A stretch of 52,104 nt of DNA, the filler included, from Squatina squatina (taxonomy: Eukaryota), in NCBI GenBank assembly GCA_031763465.1. It is 2 parts of 2 records of this genome, joined end to end, with 100 filler letters (N's around TTAATTAATTAA, not from the genome) between each part and the next. Parts side by side here need not be neighbours in the genome. Positions count along the whole stretch, not along the records: positions 1 to 28,326 come from JARFOE010547346.1; 1 more part is not named here. One strand, 5' to 3'. The notes beneath the pieces were generated by a model. That model saw only the letters and a program-made list of their open reading frames with translations. It was not told the DNA's origin and made no database searches. A program made the position numbers and the translations under genes. This document shows, piece after piece, positions 12,350-24,050 of the stretch. Each line of letters begins with the position of its first letter. The stretch's first letter is position 1.

Positions 12350-14654
12350 TGGTCCCACCCTCGGCATTCCTTCAGTTCCAGCAGGACACCAGCTAACTTT
12401 ATCTGTTGGTCTAGCGATAGTATACTGGGGCTCCCTGTCTGCGCCTTTTTAACTGGGGCTTTTCGTTTCATGTCTTTGGTGGGTGATGTCCCGGCGTCTG
12501 GGCATTCCCGCCGCATATGCTCAGGCTTACTGCACCCAAAGCAGACCACACCCGTGCCTGTCATACCATCCTTCCTCCATTCCCGCTTCTGTTCCTCCCA
12601 CTGTATCCCGAATACAGGAGCGGGGATTGGGGCCTGGCCGGCCTGTGGAGCCGTACACACCGCCTCTATGCCCACACCGCCTGCCGCTGGTGTAATGCTG
12701 TAATGCGTGGGCTTTTGTGTATGGGAGGCGTAAACTTTGTGTTGTTGGTTGGTCTGATGATACTGTGGAAGTTCGGTTGGGTTTCCTGGTTGGGTGACAA
12801 TCTGAAATTGGTGAACTAGGTCGGTGACGTGGCTCCCTGCGGTGGGGGTTGTAATGCGCTTGGAGCACTATAAAGTGGTGAACCATAGGCTGGCTGGTAA
12901 ACGCGGGGAGCACCTGCTGGCAAACCAATCAGAAGGCCTGCCTGGCCGGGCTTGTACACCAGGGGTTACGCAGCCCCTGGTGCTTGCATGCCTGGTGTGG
13001 CCTGGGGTGGAATTCTTCCACTGTTTCTTAGCTCGGGCTGGGGAGTGGTGTTAACGCCGACAAGTGTTCGGTAGGCCATTCCCAGTCATCAGAGCACCTC
13101 CGCCTCAGTGTGGATGACATCCGAGCGTTCGAACCATGTTTGTGCTGCCTTGATCAGCTCAGGCAGACACTTTGACATCAACAGCCGCAGCCACTGGCTT
13201 CGGTCGGCTGGTGTTAGGATCTGCCGCTTCAGATTGCATCTGCCGAAGCCCACAAGCGGTTCGCAAACACATCTGGGGTTTCTGTGATCATTTGGCATGC
13301 GCCTTCAACATGGGCAAAAGGGCTGCCCATGTCTCAGCCCATGGCTTGCCGGATCTTAGCCTCGAGGTCACACGTGTGAACTCCGGGCGCCCGGATTGGT
13401 GGTGGTAGTTTCTGATGAAGCGTGCCATGCAGAGGGAGCCGCAACAGATTGTTGTGCTCCTCCGAATCGCAAGAATGGACGTCAGCCAGCTGGCTTATGC
13501 AGTCAAAATGCACCACCGGATCTCCATTGTCCTGGAGCAACGGGGTGTTGACCAGCATAGCTTGCAGCTGACTGCCGCTATGGGCAACATGTTATTCCCC
13601 CAGTAATGGTCCTCTCCCTCAAGCAGGCCCAGGCGGTCCGTACCACCGCTGGGTTATTGGGCACATGCGAGCATCTTCCTCTGAGCTGAAATCATATTCG
13701 TCAAAATTCCACTCTGGTGTGGGCTCGCCCCAGCCATCCTCCCTGCGGGCCTGTCCCACTATGCGCCGGGCTCCGGACACCGCCAGGGTTCGGCCGCCTG
13801 TCTCTCTGTTCCTCCCGGCTCTGGAGCCATCCGTGTTTCGTCCGCCCTTCTCACTATTTGATGCTCCCGTACCCCCTTGGCCTGGGGAGCAATCCTCGGC
13901 TGCGGTGGCCACTGACTGGTTTAAGGTCTGTGACCACCGCAGCTAATTGGGGAGGATTCCACCACCAGCTTTCACCCCGACGGTGTATCCTCGCTGCCGC
14001 TGAGCTCATCCGTCTCCCCGAGCGACGATGCCACCGGCCACATGAGACAAACTATGCCTCTGAACATTGACCGGGCGAGCTGCAGCTCCTGGATCTGCGG
14101 CAAACATTGGCTATGATCTGCCGCTTTGTGTTTCTGGGCTTGCATCACCTGGTTGACCCCCCTTACGTTTCTCAGGTGGCCGTCCAGCGGTGCACCTTCT
14201 TCGCAAGTTCCAAGCACTCTGCCTTACACGCCTTCAACGCTTCCTTACCCTCCGCCAAGTCAGTGTAGAGCCGGGTCGTTTCTGCCCGCGACTCCAAGGC
14301 AAATTGCCTGAGTTCCTGCTCAGCATTGTGGAAATTTGCCAGACACTGGATTGGGAATTTAACTCTTGTGATGACCTCCTGCTGTGTGCGTCGGTGTTCC
14401 TCCATCAGCTATTCCAGTCGCTCCATGACAGTCTGGTTCTGAATAAGGAGGCACAGCAGCCACACAGCTTTCCTGCGGGAGCGCTTGTGTTCCTGCGACC
14501 TCATCCATCGGACTACCCCTAACCTGTGGTCCTCAGACCGGTAGATGGTTTGGAACCACGTCCTAGCCACGTGAGCATTGGTGGAGGCATCGTCTAATTT
14601 GACCTTTTCCCACTCTTTCAGGAGTTTTCGATCACTAACAAACTCTGCATCCAT
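12350..14654 (-). pseudogene. gag, fragmented: N-terminal coiled-coil, capsid-like region, CCHC nucleocapsid knuckle
   Basis: ATG at 14654, 13 nt after the PBS. Helical E/K/R/L-rich ORFs at 14172-14654. Capsid-like fragments at 13089-13558. CFGCSKPEHMRREC (CX2CX4HX4C) at 12502-12543. Confidence 0.8.
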
Positions 14655-14667
14655 TTATTGCATTGAG

Positions 14668-14685
14668 GTACCATCCGGGTCGCCA
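14668..14685 (-). other. Primer-binding site, tRNA-Arg(CCG)-like
   Basis: Minus strand TGGCGACCCGGATGGTAC, 4 nt after the LTR end. It matches 16/18 to the complement of the vertebrate tRNA-Arg-CCG 3' end as I recall it (TGGCGACCCAGATGGGAC). Confidence 0.75.
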
Positions 14686-14689
14686 AAAC

Positions 14690-14861
14690 CATAAGTCGCA
14701 CACACTGCTCCCCAACCTGGAGTCTTTCATTGTGCTCGACAGCGGTACGGACGCTCGTTCCTTTGTGTATAGGCAGAGAGCCGTGGGCTACCTGGGGGTT
14801 CGTGTTACAAGGAATTAAAGGCAAATGGACGTTTTGTCAGAGCGTTGTTAATGAACACGAA

Positions 14862-14926
<65 letters not shown>

Positions 14927-16390
14927 TGCTTAATACTCAAGAGAGAGTAGGAAATTTATTGTCTTCCAATAATGTTTACTTTACACAAAAGGGTTGCCAT
15001 GGGAAAGCTTGAGGGAGACAAGTGCTTTCTGTTCCAAAGTCAGATTTGAGGTGCCCCAATTTTGACAGGCCGTCCGAATGGCCTCTAAATGCTAGCACAC
15101 CAATTCTACGTTATAGGAGAGTGGCCGCTGAACACCCTGTTTGAGGCCCGCAGGTTCGGTGAGTTAGCCCACGTGTGCGCTGTTCACCAATCCGCTGATA
15201 TCTGCGTAGTTGGACACCGTGTGGGTCACTCCAATGGCGTCTGTCAAGCCAGGTGCAGGTCTCGTCGCTCGAAGTTCCTTTGGATGGCCAGGTAAGGGTT
15301 GTATCATCCTCAGCCTCTTCCAATTTCTGTCGAGCAGTCTGCTCACTCAGAAAGTTGTCCTCTTTCCATCCAGGTGTCCCGTGGTAAACGACTCCACGAG
15401 TCCACTATGATGCTTCTTCTCTGGGTGTGTTTTACTACAGACCACAAGGGGGAAGTGGATCTGACCTGCTCGTTCTTTGAAGCTCTGTGAAGCGATGTTC
15501 CTCTCGATACACACCGAGCACGAAGTTACTGAAGCCAAAACGAACGAAGCGGCTGGAACCTCTTGCTGAGGGCCAGATATACCATTTGGAAATGTGAATT
15601 CTGTCTGCGCCAAAAATACCGTCTCGACGGTATTAAAATATTGAAATGTACTTTTGAATTGTAAGCCCATTTTTGGTGCCTTTAGGTCTGGGTGTTTTTC
15701 AGAGAGGGGAATAGTTCTCCGGAGATTTGGTTTGCATGTCAATTTTGTTTCAATGGGTTTCAATGGCTCAAAATCTGTGCCATCAACCTTGATTGCATTA
15801 TACTTGACACCTGTAGAGTTTGTCAGGACTTGTAGCAATATTTGCTCTGCACGTAGTTTTGGTTTTAATCCTTTTAACAACTCTGGCTGTTGTCAGCCAA
15901 TCGTCCTCATTAATAATGTCTTTGAAATGAATGTTTCTTCAGAATGTGTGGGCTTCAGCAAGGACCTGCTGTCCCAAAAATTTGTTTTCTGGTTGATTGT
16001 CCCAGAAACAGTTTAATTAAGTGGGAGGGGCGATGTCCCAAGCCACTGTGTGTATTCATCTCCTGACCTGAGTAAAGTCCGTTTTAGGTGTTTGATTAAT
16101 GCAGGAGCAAAGATTCTGAATATTTTCTAATGCTGTTGCATTGGTAATATTAACAGTTTTCAATCAGTAAATTCATGTTGTGTCCCAGCACCTGGGCCTG
16201 AATGTGCTGCAAGTTGTACACATAAATATGTCCACAGGCTCTGTGGCTGGAGATTTCCAATTCCCATACACATTGTCTTGTTGTTTGTCAGGAGTCTGCA
16301 GGTTTTCCTCCTCCTGCCCGTTCGCAGTCTGCAGGTTTAATTATTGTTCCTGGCCTCACAAGTATCCACCATTTTGGCCCGACTCTTACA
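14690..16390 (-). repeat. 5' LTR (~1.7 kb)
   Basis: Begins TGTAAG at 16390. TATAT at 15577-15581. AATAAA at 14955-14960 followed by (TG)n. The end is defined by the PBS and by the copy at 31751. Confidence 0.88.
14864..14925. repeat. (CA)n microsatellite inside the LTR
   Basis: About 31 CA units. The other two LTR copies have shorter CA runs at the same position. Confidence 0.95.
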
Positions 16391-16739
16391 CAGGGAAAAT
16401 CTATTCCGCAATCAACGGATCTGATTAAAGCTCCGAAATTCTGCCACATTCTGTCGTGAATGGTGGTGGATCATTAAACATCGAATGTGATCATGTGGCT
16501 CTATGATAATCCCCATCACTACTGGTGGTGACCCATGAACATCTAATGGTAGGATGTGGCTCCATGAATATCTCCATCCTTCATGGTTGTGGATCCCAGC
16601 ACATGAGTGCAAGATACAAAGTGGAAGCGTTTGCGACAATCATCAGCCAGAAGTCCCGAGTACATGATCCATTTTGCCTCCGCCTCATGTCCCCACCATC
16701 ACAGAAAGCAGTTTTCAATGAATTTAATTCATTCCAACT

Positions 16740-17090
16740 GTGATGGTGAAAGAGCTGATTTGAAAGGATATAGCAAAAGCTACGGGTCCGACAACCTCCC
16801 GGCTGTTGGGCTGAATACTTGTGCTCCTGAACTACCCACCTCTCTAGTCAAGCTGTTCCAGTACAGCCACAACAGCGGGAGCAATCGAACGTTGTGGAAA
16901 ACTGCCCAGGTAAGTTCTGTGCACAAATAGCAAATACCAGTTCAAACCGGCCAATTACCGCCCAATCAGTCGATTCACAATCATCAGCAAAGTGATGGAA
17001 GGTTTCATCGAGAGCTCTATCAAGCAGCACTGACTCACCAATAGCCTGCTCGCCGATATCCAATTTGTGTTTCCCCAGGACCACACAGCC
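16740..17090 (+). mobile_element. CR1/L2-group LINE ORF2 fragment (RT N-terminus)
   Basis: GSDNLPAVGLNTCAPELPTSLVKLFQYS...WKTAQV...NYRPIS...ISKVMEG-like motifs. Confidence 0.8.
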
Positions 17091-17619
17091 TACGAGGACT
17101 ACAGCGGGTTAACCAGCCGTCTCTCTCCACATTCTCAAAGACTATTAGTGATGGGCAATATATGTCATCCTTACAGCGACACCCACATCCTGGAACGATT
17201 TGAAACACAGATCGGTGTCATCACAGAACAATGCAGAGGGTTTTATACTCTTCTGACTAAATACATTGCGGGACTGGGTAGGTACAGCTCTGTGCACCTA
17301 CAGTCCAGTTCTGGGTGTTGACATGGCCTCTTTCCATTCAGTGCATAACTGGGATTTGTGCTACTCTGCGTGCTTTCTACACATGGCTGGATGTTAGAAA
17401 TAACTGTGTCCTTGCAGTTCAGAGCTGGATTTATGCAGGTCTGTACATGCGGTCTTTACAGGTCTGTGTCCTTACAGTGCAGGTGCGGGTAATGTAAATG
17501 TCTGTTTTCTTAAATAAACGGCACTGCTGCCATACAGTTCTATTTCTGTGCAGTGCAGTTGTGGGTTTTACTGACGCTAATATAATAATTAGGAGGGTAA
17601 TTGTCCTTTCGGCCAATCG

Positions 17620-18560
17620 AGCCTGCTCCACCGTTTAATGAAATCATGGCTGGTCTTCGATCACAAACCCACTTTCCCGCCTGACAATGAAATCCCTTTT
17701 ATCCCCGAGAATATTAAATCTATCTATTTCAGTCTTGAATATCATCAACGATTCTGCATGCACAGGTCTTTTGGTTGAAGAATTGTAAATGTTCACAACA
17801 CTCTGAGTGAATACATTCATCCTCGTCTCAGTCTTCACTTTCCCATCAATTAACCTGAGATTATGCCCCTTATTCCAGAGCCTCCATCCAGTGGAAACTA
17901 CCTCACAGCATCTGCTCTGTCACTCCGATTCAGATTCATACAGATTTCAATGACATCAGATTATAGCTTTCTAAACTTCAGAGCGTAAATCTGAGCAATC
18001 TCTCATTCGAGGACAAACCTCTAATCACAGGAATAAATCTAGTGAACCTTCATTGCTCCAACACTAAAGCCTGTATATAATGCGCACTGCTCCAGCTGTG
18101 GTCCCACCAAAGCCTTGTGCAATTATAGCATAACTTATTTACTCTTGTTCTCCTACCTCCTTAGATTAAAGCTGTGTATATCATTTACTTTCCCAAGTGA
18201 GTGCTGTGGCTGAATGGTAACGCTCTTTTTTTCCATGTATGAGGGCACATAAATCTCAATTAAGACGAATGTTAATACTTTCCCATTCTTTAAAATATTG
18301 TCTTTCTCCACTCATTCTACCACTGTGAATAACCTCACATCTCCCCACATTATGCTCCATCTGCCAACTTGTTGCCTACTTACTTAAACCAGGCTATAGC
18401 CGAGGCCCAAGCACTGATCATTGTGTCACCCAAAAGTTACAGCCTTCCAATCTAAAATTTGCCCGTTTATACCTCCCGTCTGTTTTCAGACCGTTAGACA
18501 ATCCTCACTCATGCTAATGTATTACCCCAAACCTTTGACCCTTTTCTTGTGTGTTGTAAT
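17620..18560 (-). mobile_element. CR1 LINE 3' fragment, old
   Basis: VFTQSVVNIYNS...FKTEIDRF matches the typical CR1 ORF2 C-terminus. Confidence 0.7.
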
Positions 18561-18739
18561 GATCTACGTCCATAACTTACCATGCCAAGGGTTGTACATG
18601 CCCCTGTCCTGAATGTCCTGGGCTGGGTGTGGAAAACCCGTGCCAATACACACAGTAATCTGTATTGAACAGGTCTGTGGCATTGCCCTGCTGATTGCAC
18701 AGAGCTCAGTCCGATTAGCCTCTCCTCGGAGGATGAAAC

Positions 18740-19545
18740 CATCCATGCCCGCCAGCAGCATGTCTTGGACCTCACTTAGGATTGAGCTGGTAAGTGGCAA
18801 ATAGCATTCGTGCCACACAAATGCCAGGCAATCAGCATATCCAACAAGCGAGAGACTTACCACCGCCCTTTGTCATTCAACGGCATTGCAATAGATGGCG
18901 CTCCCCAACATCAATATCCTGGTGGTCACCAGTGAAAGGAACTGAGCGAGATCAATCATATAATTATGATGGCTACAAGAGCAGATACGAGTTTGACATT
19001 CTGCAGCGATTCATTCACCTCGTGACTCCACAAATCCATTAAAGCATCTACAATACACAATTCTGGAGTGTTACGGAAGACTCTTCACTTAGCATGGTGT
19101 GTTGCAGCTACCGCAAAACTGAAGATGATAAAGCAGTCCGCTTGATTGGCACCCCAATATGCTATTTGAAACATTTATTCCTCCAGCAGCGGGGAACAGT
19201 TGCTGAAGTGTGTACCATGCACACGATGCACTGCATCAACTCACCAAAGCTTCTTCGAAAGCAACTCGCAAACCCGTGACCTCTGCCCTCTGGAAAGACA
19301 AGGGCAGCAGGATCATGCAAACACAGTCACGTGAATGTCACCCTACAAGACGCATACCATGCTGACTTGGAAATATATCGGATTTCCTTCAATTTTGCTT
19401 GGCCAAAAGCCTTGTGACTCCCTCCCTGTCCGTACTGCGGAAGTACCTTCAACATAGGGACTGCAGGAGTTCTAGAAACCTGCTCTCCTTCCGAAGGGCA
19501 TTCTGGGATGGGAAATGAATGCGATTGCTGCGACATCCCAGGAAG
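18740..19545 (+). mobile_element. CR1/L2-group LINE 3' portion
   Basis: Degenerate KWQ.AF.PHKCQA-like RT end, and a 3' tail shared with 41990-42230 and 46900-47100. Confidence 0.7.
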
Positions 19546-19689
19546 TAATACAAATATTAAATCTGTTTCCTTACACTGATGAACTATGATAGGACAGGTC
19601 TCTCTCCTTAGAGTAGAGGGCTGCATGTTGTAAGTCTACTTTTCCTTGCCACAGACTGCTGTGATTGTTATTCTCCATCAGAAGTGTGC

Positions 19690-20160
19690 TGGCACTTTGT
19701 GCAAGTTTGTGTCCTTTCAATTCTCTGCAGATGTTTTGTGGCAGTCTACACGCTTAAAGTTCAGAGCTGTGGATTTACTAGTCTGAGTCCTTATTACAGG
19801 ACTGGGTGTTATAAATATCTGTGTCCATGCACTAAAGTGCATAGGGTTGTGCAGCTCTCATTAAAGAGCCGTGCGAGAGTTTTTACAGGTTGGTTTCTTT
19901 GAGTTGCTGTGTACGTGTCTATATCCTTACAGTACAGTGCTCGTGTTGTCACAATCTCTGATATTACAACACTGGGCTGGGATTGTTAATGTCTATTTCC
20001 TTAAATTTCAGTGTTGGGGTTTGTATTTATCCGTGTCCCTACAGTGCAGGGCTGAGTATAAAATATAGTGCCAGGTTTTAAGTCCTTATATTGGACTGTT
20101 GGATATTGTCAAATTCTTGTGACTACAGCACATTTTTCGTGGATTTTGCAGGTCTGTATT
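19690..20160. repeat. Highly degenerate ~36-bp tandem repeat (related block at 17280-17570)
   Basis: Recurring TCTGTGTCCTTACAGTGCAGGGCTGG-like motif. Confidence 0.55.
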
Positions 20161-20189
20161 TTAAATGAGGGGACTGGCCCTTTCTATGG

Positions 20190-22740
20190 ATGTTAATTGA
20201 ATTGGCTCCCGGAATATATTTGACAGGTCCCCACACAACAGAGAGTGAACACAAATGTGAGTGCCCAGAATTGAAGGCAACTTATTGGCTTAGCGAGGAA
20301 GTGAGTTAGGAGGTCAGAGACAGAGAGCAGGCATAATGGATATGAAATTTAATTGGCAGGATATGGGAAAGGAGGTCAGAGACAAAGAGTGCAGAGAATG
20401 GACAGCCAACTAATTGGCAGCATATGTGTAAGGAGTTAAGTGACAGAGCGTACGGTGAATGGACAGGTACCTAATTGGCAGGATATGAGTAAGGAGTTAA
20501 GAGACAGAGGGGACGGTGAATGGACAGGTACCTAATTGGCAGGATATGAGTAAGGAGTTAAGTGACAGAGCGTACGGTGAATGGACAGGTACCTAATTGG
20601 CAGGATATGAGTAAGGAGTTAAGTGACAGAGCGACCGGTGAATGGACATGTACCTCATTGCAGGATATGTGTAAGGAGTTAAGAGACAGAGCATACTGTG
20701 AATGGACAGGTACCTAACTGGCAGGATATGAGTAAGGATTTAAGTGACAGAGCATACGGTGAATGTATAGGTACCTAACTGGCAGGATATGAGTCAGAAG
20801 TTAAGTGACAGAGCGTACAGTGAATGGACAGGTACCTAATTGCAGGAGATGAGTAAGGAGTTAAGTGACAGAGCATTCGCTGAATGGACAGGTACCTAAC
20901 TGGCAGGATATGAGGAAGGAGTTAAGAGACAGAGCTTGCGGTGAATGGACAGGTACCAAATTGGCGGGATATGAGTAAGGAGTTAAGAGACAGAGCGTAC
21001 GGTGAATGGGCACGTACCTAATTGCAGGATATGAGTAAGGAGTTAAGTGACAGAGCGTGCGGTTAATGGCCAGGTACCTAATTGCAGGATATGAGTAAGG
21101 AGTTAAGTGACAGAGCGTGCGGTGAATGGACAGGTACCTAATTGGCAGGATATGAGTGAGGAGTTAAGAGACAGAGCATGCAGTGAAGGGACAGGTACCT
21201 AATTGCAGGATATGAGTAAGGAGTTGAGAGACATCGCATGCGGCGAATGGACATATACTTACTTGCAGGATATGAGTAAGGAGTTGAGTGACAGGCCGTG
21301 CGATGAATGGACAGGTCCCTAATTGCAGGATATGAGTAAGGAATTAAGAGACAGAGAGTGCGGTTTATGGAGAGGTACCTACTTGCAGGATATGAGTAAG
21401 GAGTTAAGTAACAGAGCGTGCGGTGAATGGACAGGTACCTCATTGCAGGATATGAGTAAGGAGTTAAGAGACAGAGCGTACGGTGAATGGGCAGGTACCT
21501 AATTGCAGGCTATGAGTAAGGAGTTAAGAGACAGAGCATGCGGTGAATGGACAGGTACCGAATTGATGGGATTTGAGTAAGTAGTTATGAGACAGAGCGT
21601 GCAGTGAATGGATAGGTACCTAATTGCAGGATATGAGTGAGGAGTTAAGAGACAGAGCGTACGGTGAATGGACAGGTACCTAATTGCAGGATATGAGTAA
21701 GGAGTTAAGAGTCAGAGCGTACGGTGAATGGACAGGTACCTAATTGCAGGTTATGAGTAAGAAGTTAAGAGACAGAGCGTTCAGTCAATGGACAGGTACC
21801 TAACTGGCAGGATATGAGTCAGGACTTAAGAGACAGAAGGTGTGGTGAATGGACAGGTACCTAATTGGCAGGATATGTGTAAGGATTTAAGTGACAGAGC
21901 GTATGGTGAATGGACAGGTACCTAATTGCAGGATCTGAGTAAGGAGTTAAGAGACATCGCGTGCGGTGAATGGACAGGTACCCACTTGCAGGATATGAGT
22001 AAGGAGTTGAGTGACAGAGCGTGCCTTGAATGGACAGGTACCTAATTGCAGGATATGACGAATGGTTACTCCCAGGGATCTCTACGTATCTGCAGCTTTT
22101 CAATATTTACAGAAGACTTCGATGAGGAAATAGAGAGTTAGATATTTATGTTTGCTGACGATTGTAAGCCAGGTGGCAACTTAACTAATGCAGGCGGCAG
22201 CTAAAAGTTTCCCCGGGACATTGACAGGTGGAGTGAGTGGGGAAATGTTTGGCAGATGCAGTTCAAAGAGGGAAAGTGTGACGTCAAACATTATTTCGCT
22301 ACGAAAGTTAAATCAGATTATAATATAAATTTGAAACGTTTGGAGGTGTCGATGAACAGGGCATTTTTCACTCCAAGTACAGAAATCATGAAGCAGAAGC
22401 AGAAAAATTACACAATCATTAAAAAGGCTAATTGCCTTTTATTGAGCCGAGGGCTGTGACTTTGTTGCAACTTAAGTGACAGTTGTACAGTGCCCTTGTT
22501 ATACCTGATCTGGAGTATTCCCTTCAATTCGTGCTGTGCATCTCAAGAAGGGTACAGTGGCATTGGACTGGGTGCAGCGCAGTCACTGGAATGATAGCCA
22601 GGCTAGAATGGCTAAAATATGAGGGAAGTTGCATAGACTGGGCTTGTATTTCATTGAATATAGGTTGATCGGATTGAAGTGTTGAGATTGAAAGAAAAAG
22701 GATTTGATAGACTTGAGAGAGATAATTTATTTTCTCCTGT
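20190..22740 (+). mobile_element. CR1 LINE RT fragment interrupted by an internal minisatellite
   Basis: FDRxPH-like motif before the array. After it: SQGS (PQGS-like), FADD (22150-22161), WQMQF..GKC.V.H and LYSALVIPDLEY. Confidence 0.8.
20309..22058. repeat. 60/61-bp minisatellite (~29 copies), consensus GGAGTTAAGTGACAGAGCGTACGGTGAATGGACAGGTACCTAATT(G)GCAGGATATGAGTAA
   Basis: Directly visible tandem units. Confidence 0.97.
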
Positions 22741-23229
22741 GGGTGTTAACACAATTCTGGAGATAACTAATACCATTTGGAGAAATTACTTTGTTGTCCT
22801 AATCCTGGCTGGTGTGCATGTGACTCCTGACTCACAGCATGGCGGTCGATGATTAAAAGTGCTCTGAATAATCTCAGCAAGCCACACATTTGTAAGAAAC
22901 TGGGACAACATAGATGTTCAAGAGTAAATGCAGATGAAGAGCAAGTCAGCGAGCTAATCGTTGCATCGTACACAAAAAATTCACACACTGACCAGTCGGC
23001 CCACAAAGAACTCTTCATCAGCACAAGTGATTTCTGCCCATACAAGTGAGACATGTCCCATAGACCAGTTCACCAACAGCGTGGCATATTCATACTCACT
23101 GAATCATATCATTGAGGGAAAGTCCCAACATCCTCCCTCAAAGCCCCAGGGTAGTTCCTGTCCTGTCCCACTGGTAGGTCAAATCTAACAGGGCGGTTGG
23201 CACAGTCGGGAGTTAATAACCCTGGAAAT

Positions 23230-24050
23230 CCTCAAAATTACTGACAGACCCGATGAATATTCATCGCCTCAGGTCAAATATGGGCAATGAAACTCCTGCT
23301 GATTAGGGCCTGCCAAACGCCTTCAGCTGATGAATCTGTATTTCTCCATGCTGAACACCTCTTATAATTAGCACTGAGGGCAGCAAGGCTGGAGAATAAG
23401 CTTTGAGTTGGGTACTTCAAAATCCATCACCAAGCTCGGCATGTAGCAAAATGGAACAAGCTGGTACAGTTTTGTAAGTCATATAGTCTCAGCCTGGGCT
23501 TGCAGCAGGTGGTGAGAGAACCGACCCGAGATAAGAACCTACTTGACCACATCCTTGCCAAGCTTCCTGTCGCAGTTGCATCTGTCCATGACTGCTTTAG
23601 TACGAGTGACCACCATACAGTTCCAGTGCAGACCAGCTCGCGTCTTCACACTGAGGACAACCTCCATCGTGTTGTGTGGCACTACCGGCGTGGAAAATGG
23701 GATAGATTCAGTACAATTCTAGCTTTGAAAATTGTCCAACCATGAGACGCTGTGCACCACCACAAACTGTAACCTCGTGGGCGGGCCTGGCATATCCCAC
23801 ACTCTGTCATGAATATCAAGCCAGTTGATTAAACCTAGTTCAATATAGATTAGAGAAGAGCACGTCTTGAACAGCAGCAGTTGTACATAAAATGAACTGC
23901 CGGTCTGTTAAAGAGGCAATACAGGTCTACATGCAAGTTAAACAAAGGAAGCATCACGTTATAGACAGAGCAATCTCACAAACAACGAATCAGACCAAAG
24001 CTCTGTAGTCCTGCCACACGCACTCGTGAATGGTGGCTCAATGGCAAGTA
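23230..24050 (+). mobile_element. LINE APE-endonuclease fragment (CR1/L2 group)
   Basis: QVVREPTRDKNLLDHIL...SDHHTV motif. Confidence 0.8.

Larger units (their letters stand above)
6771..16390 (-). mobile_element. Decayed LTR retroelement / endogenous retrovirus, lokiretrovirus-like (LTR-PBS-gag-pro-RT-RH-RH-partial IN-env-like remnant-PPT-LTR)
   Basis: Two long direct repeats, a PBS, a PPT, and CCHC, DTG, YVDD, two RNase H and IN zinc-finger motifs in order on the minus strand, with many stops and frameshifts. The lineage assignment is inferred from domain architecture. Confidence 0.9.

Noticed and set aside
12350-12380. Gag stop/readthrough site (GAA TGC CGA as a mutated TGA-C)
   Set aside because: The position is plausible, but no stop is present and it cannot be tested from a single decayed copy.
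15347-15880. 177-aa ORF in LTR U3 as an accessory gene
   Set aside because: The frame is not preserved in the other LTR (it shifts after ~PDPK), it spans the TATA box, and it has no recognisable domain. It cannot be fully excluded without a family consensus.
20309-22058. CRISPR array or 20-aa repeat protein (ORFs 21138-21443, 21861-22103)
   Set aside because: There are no spacers, mixed 60/61-bp units break the frame, and the unit is explained by CR1 origin.
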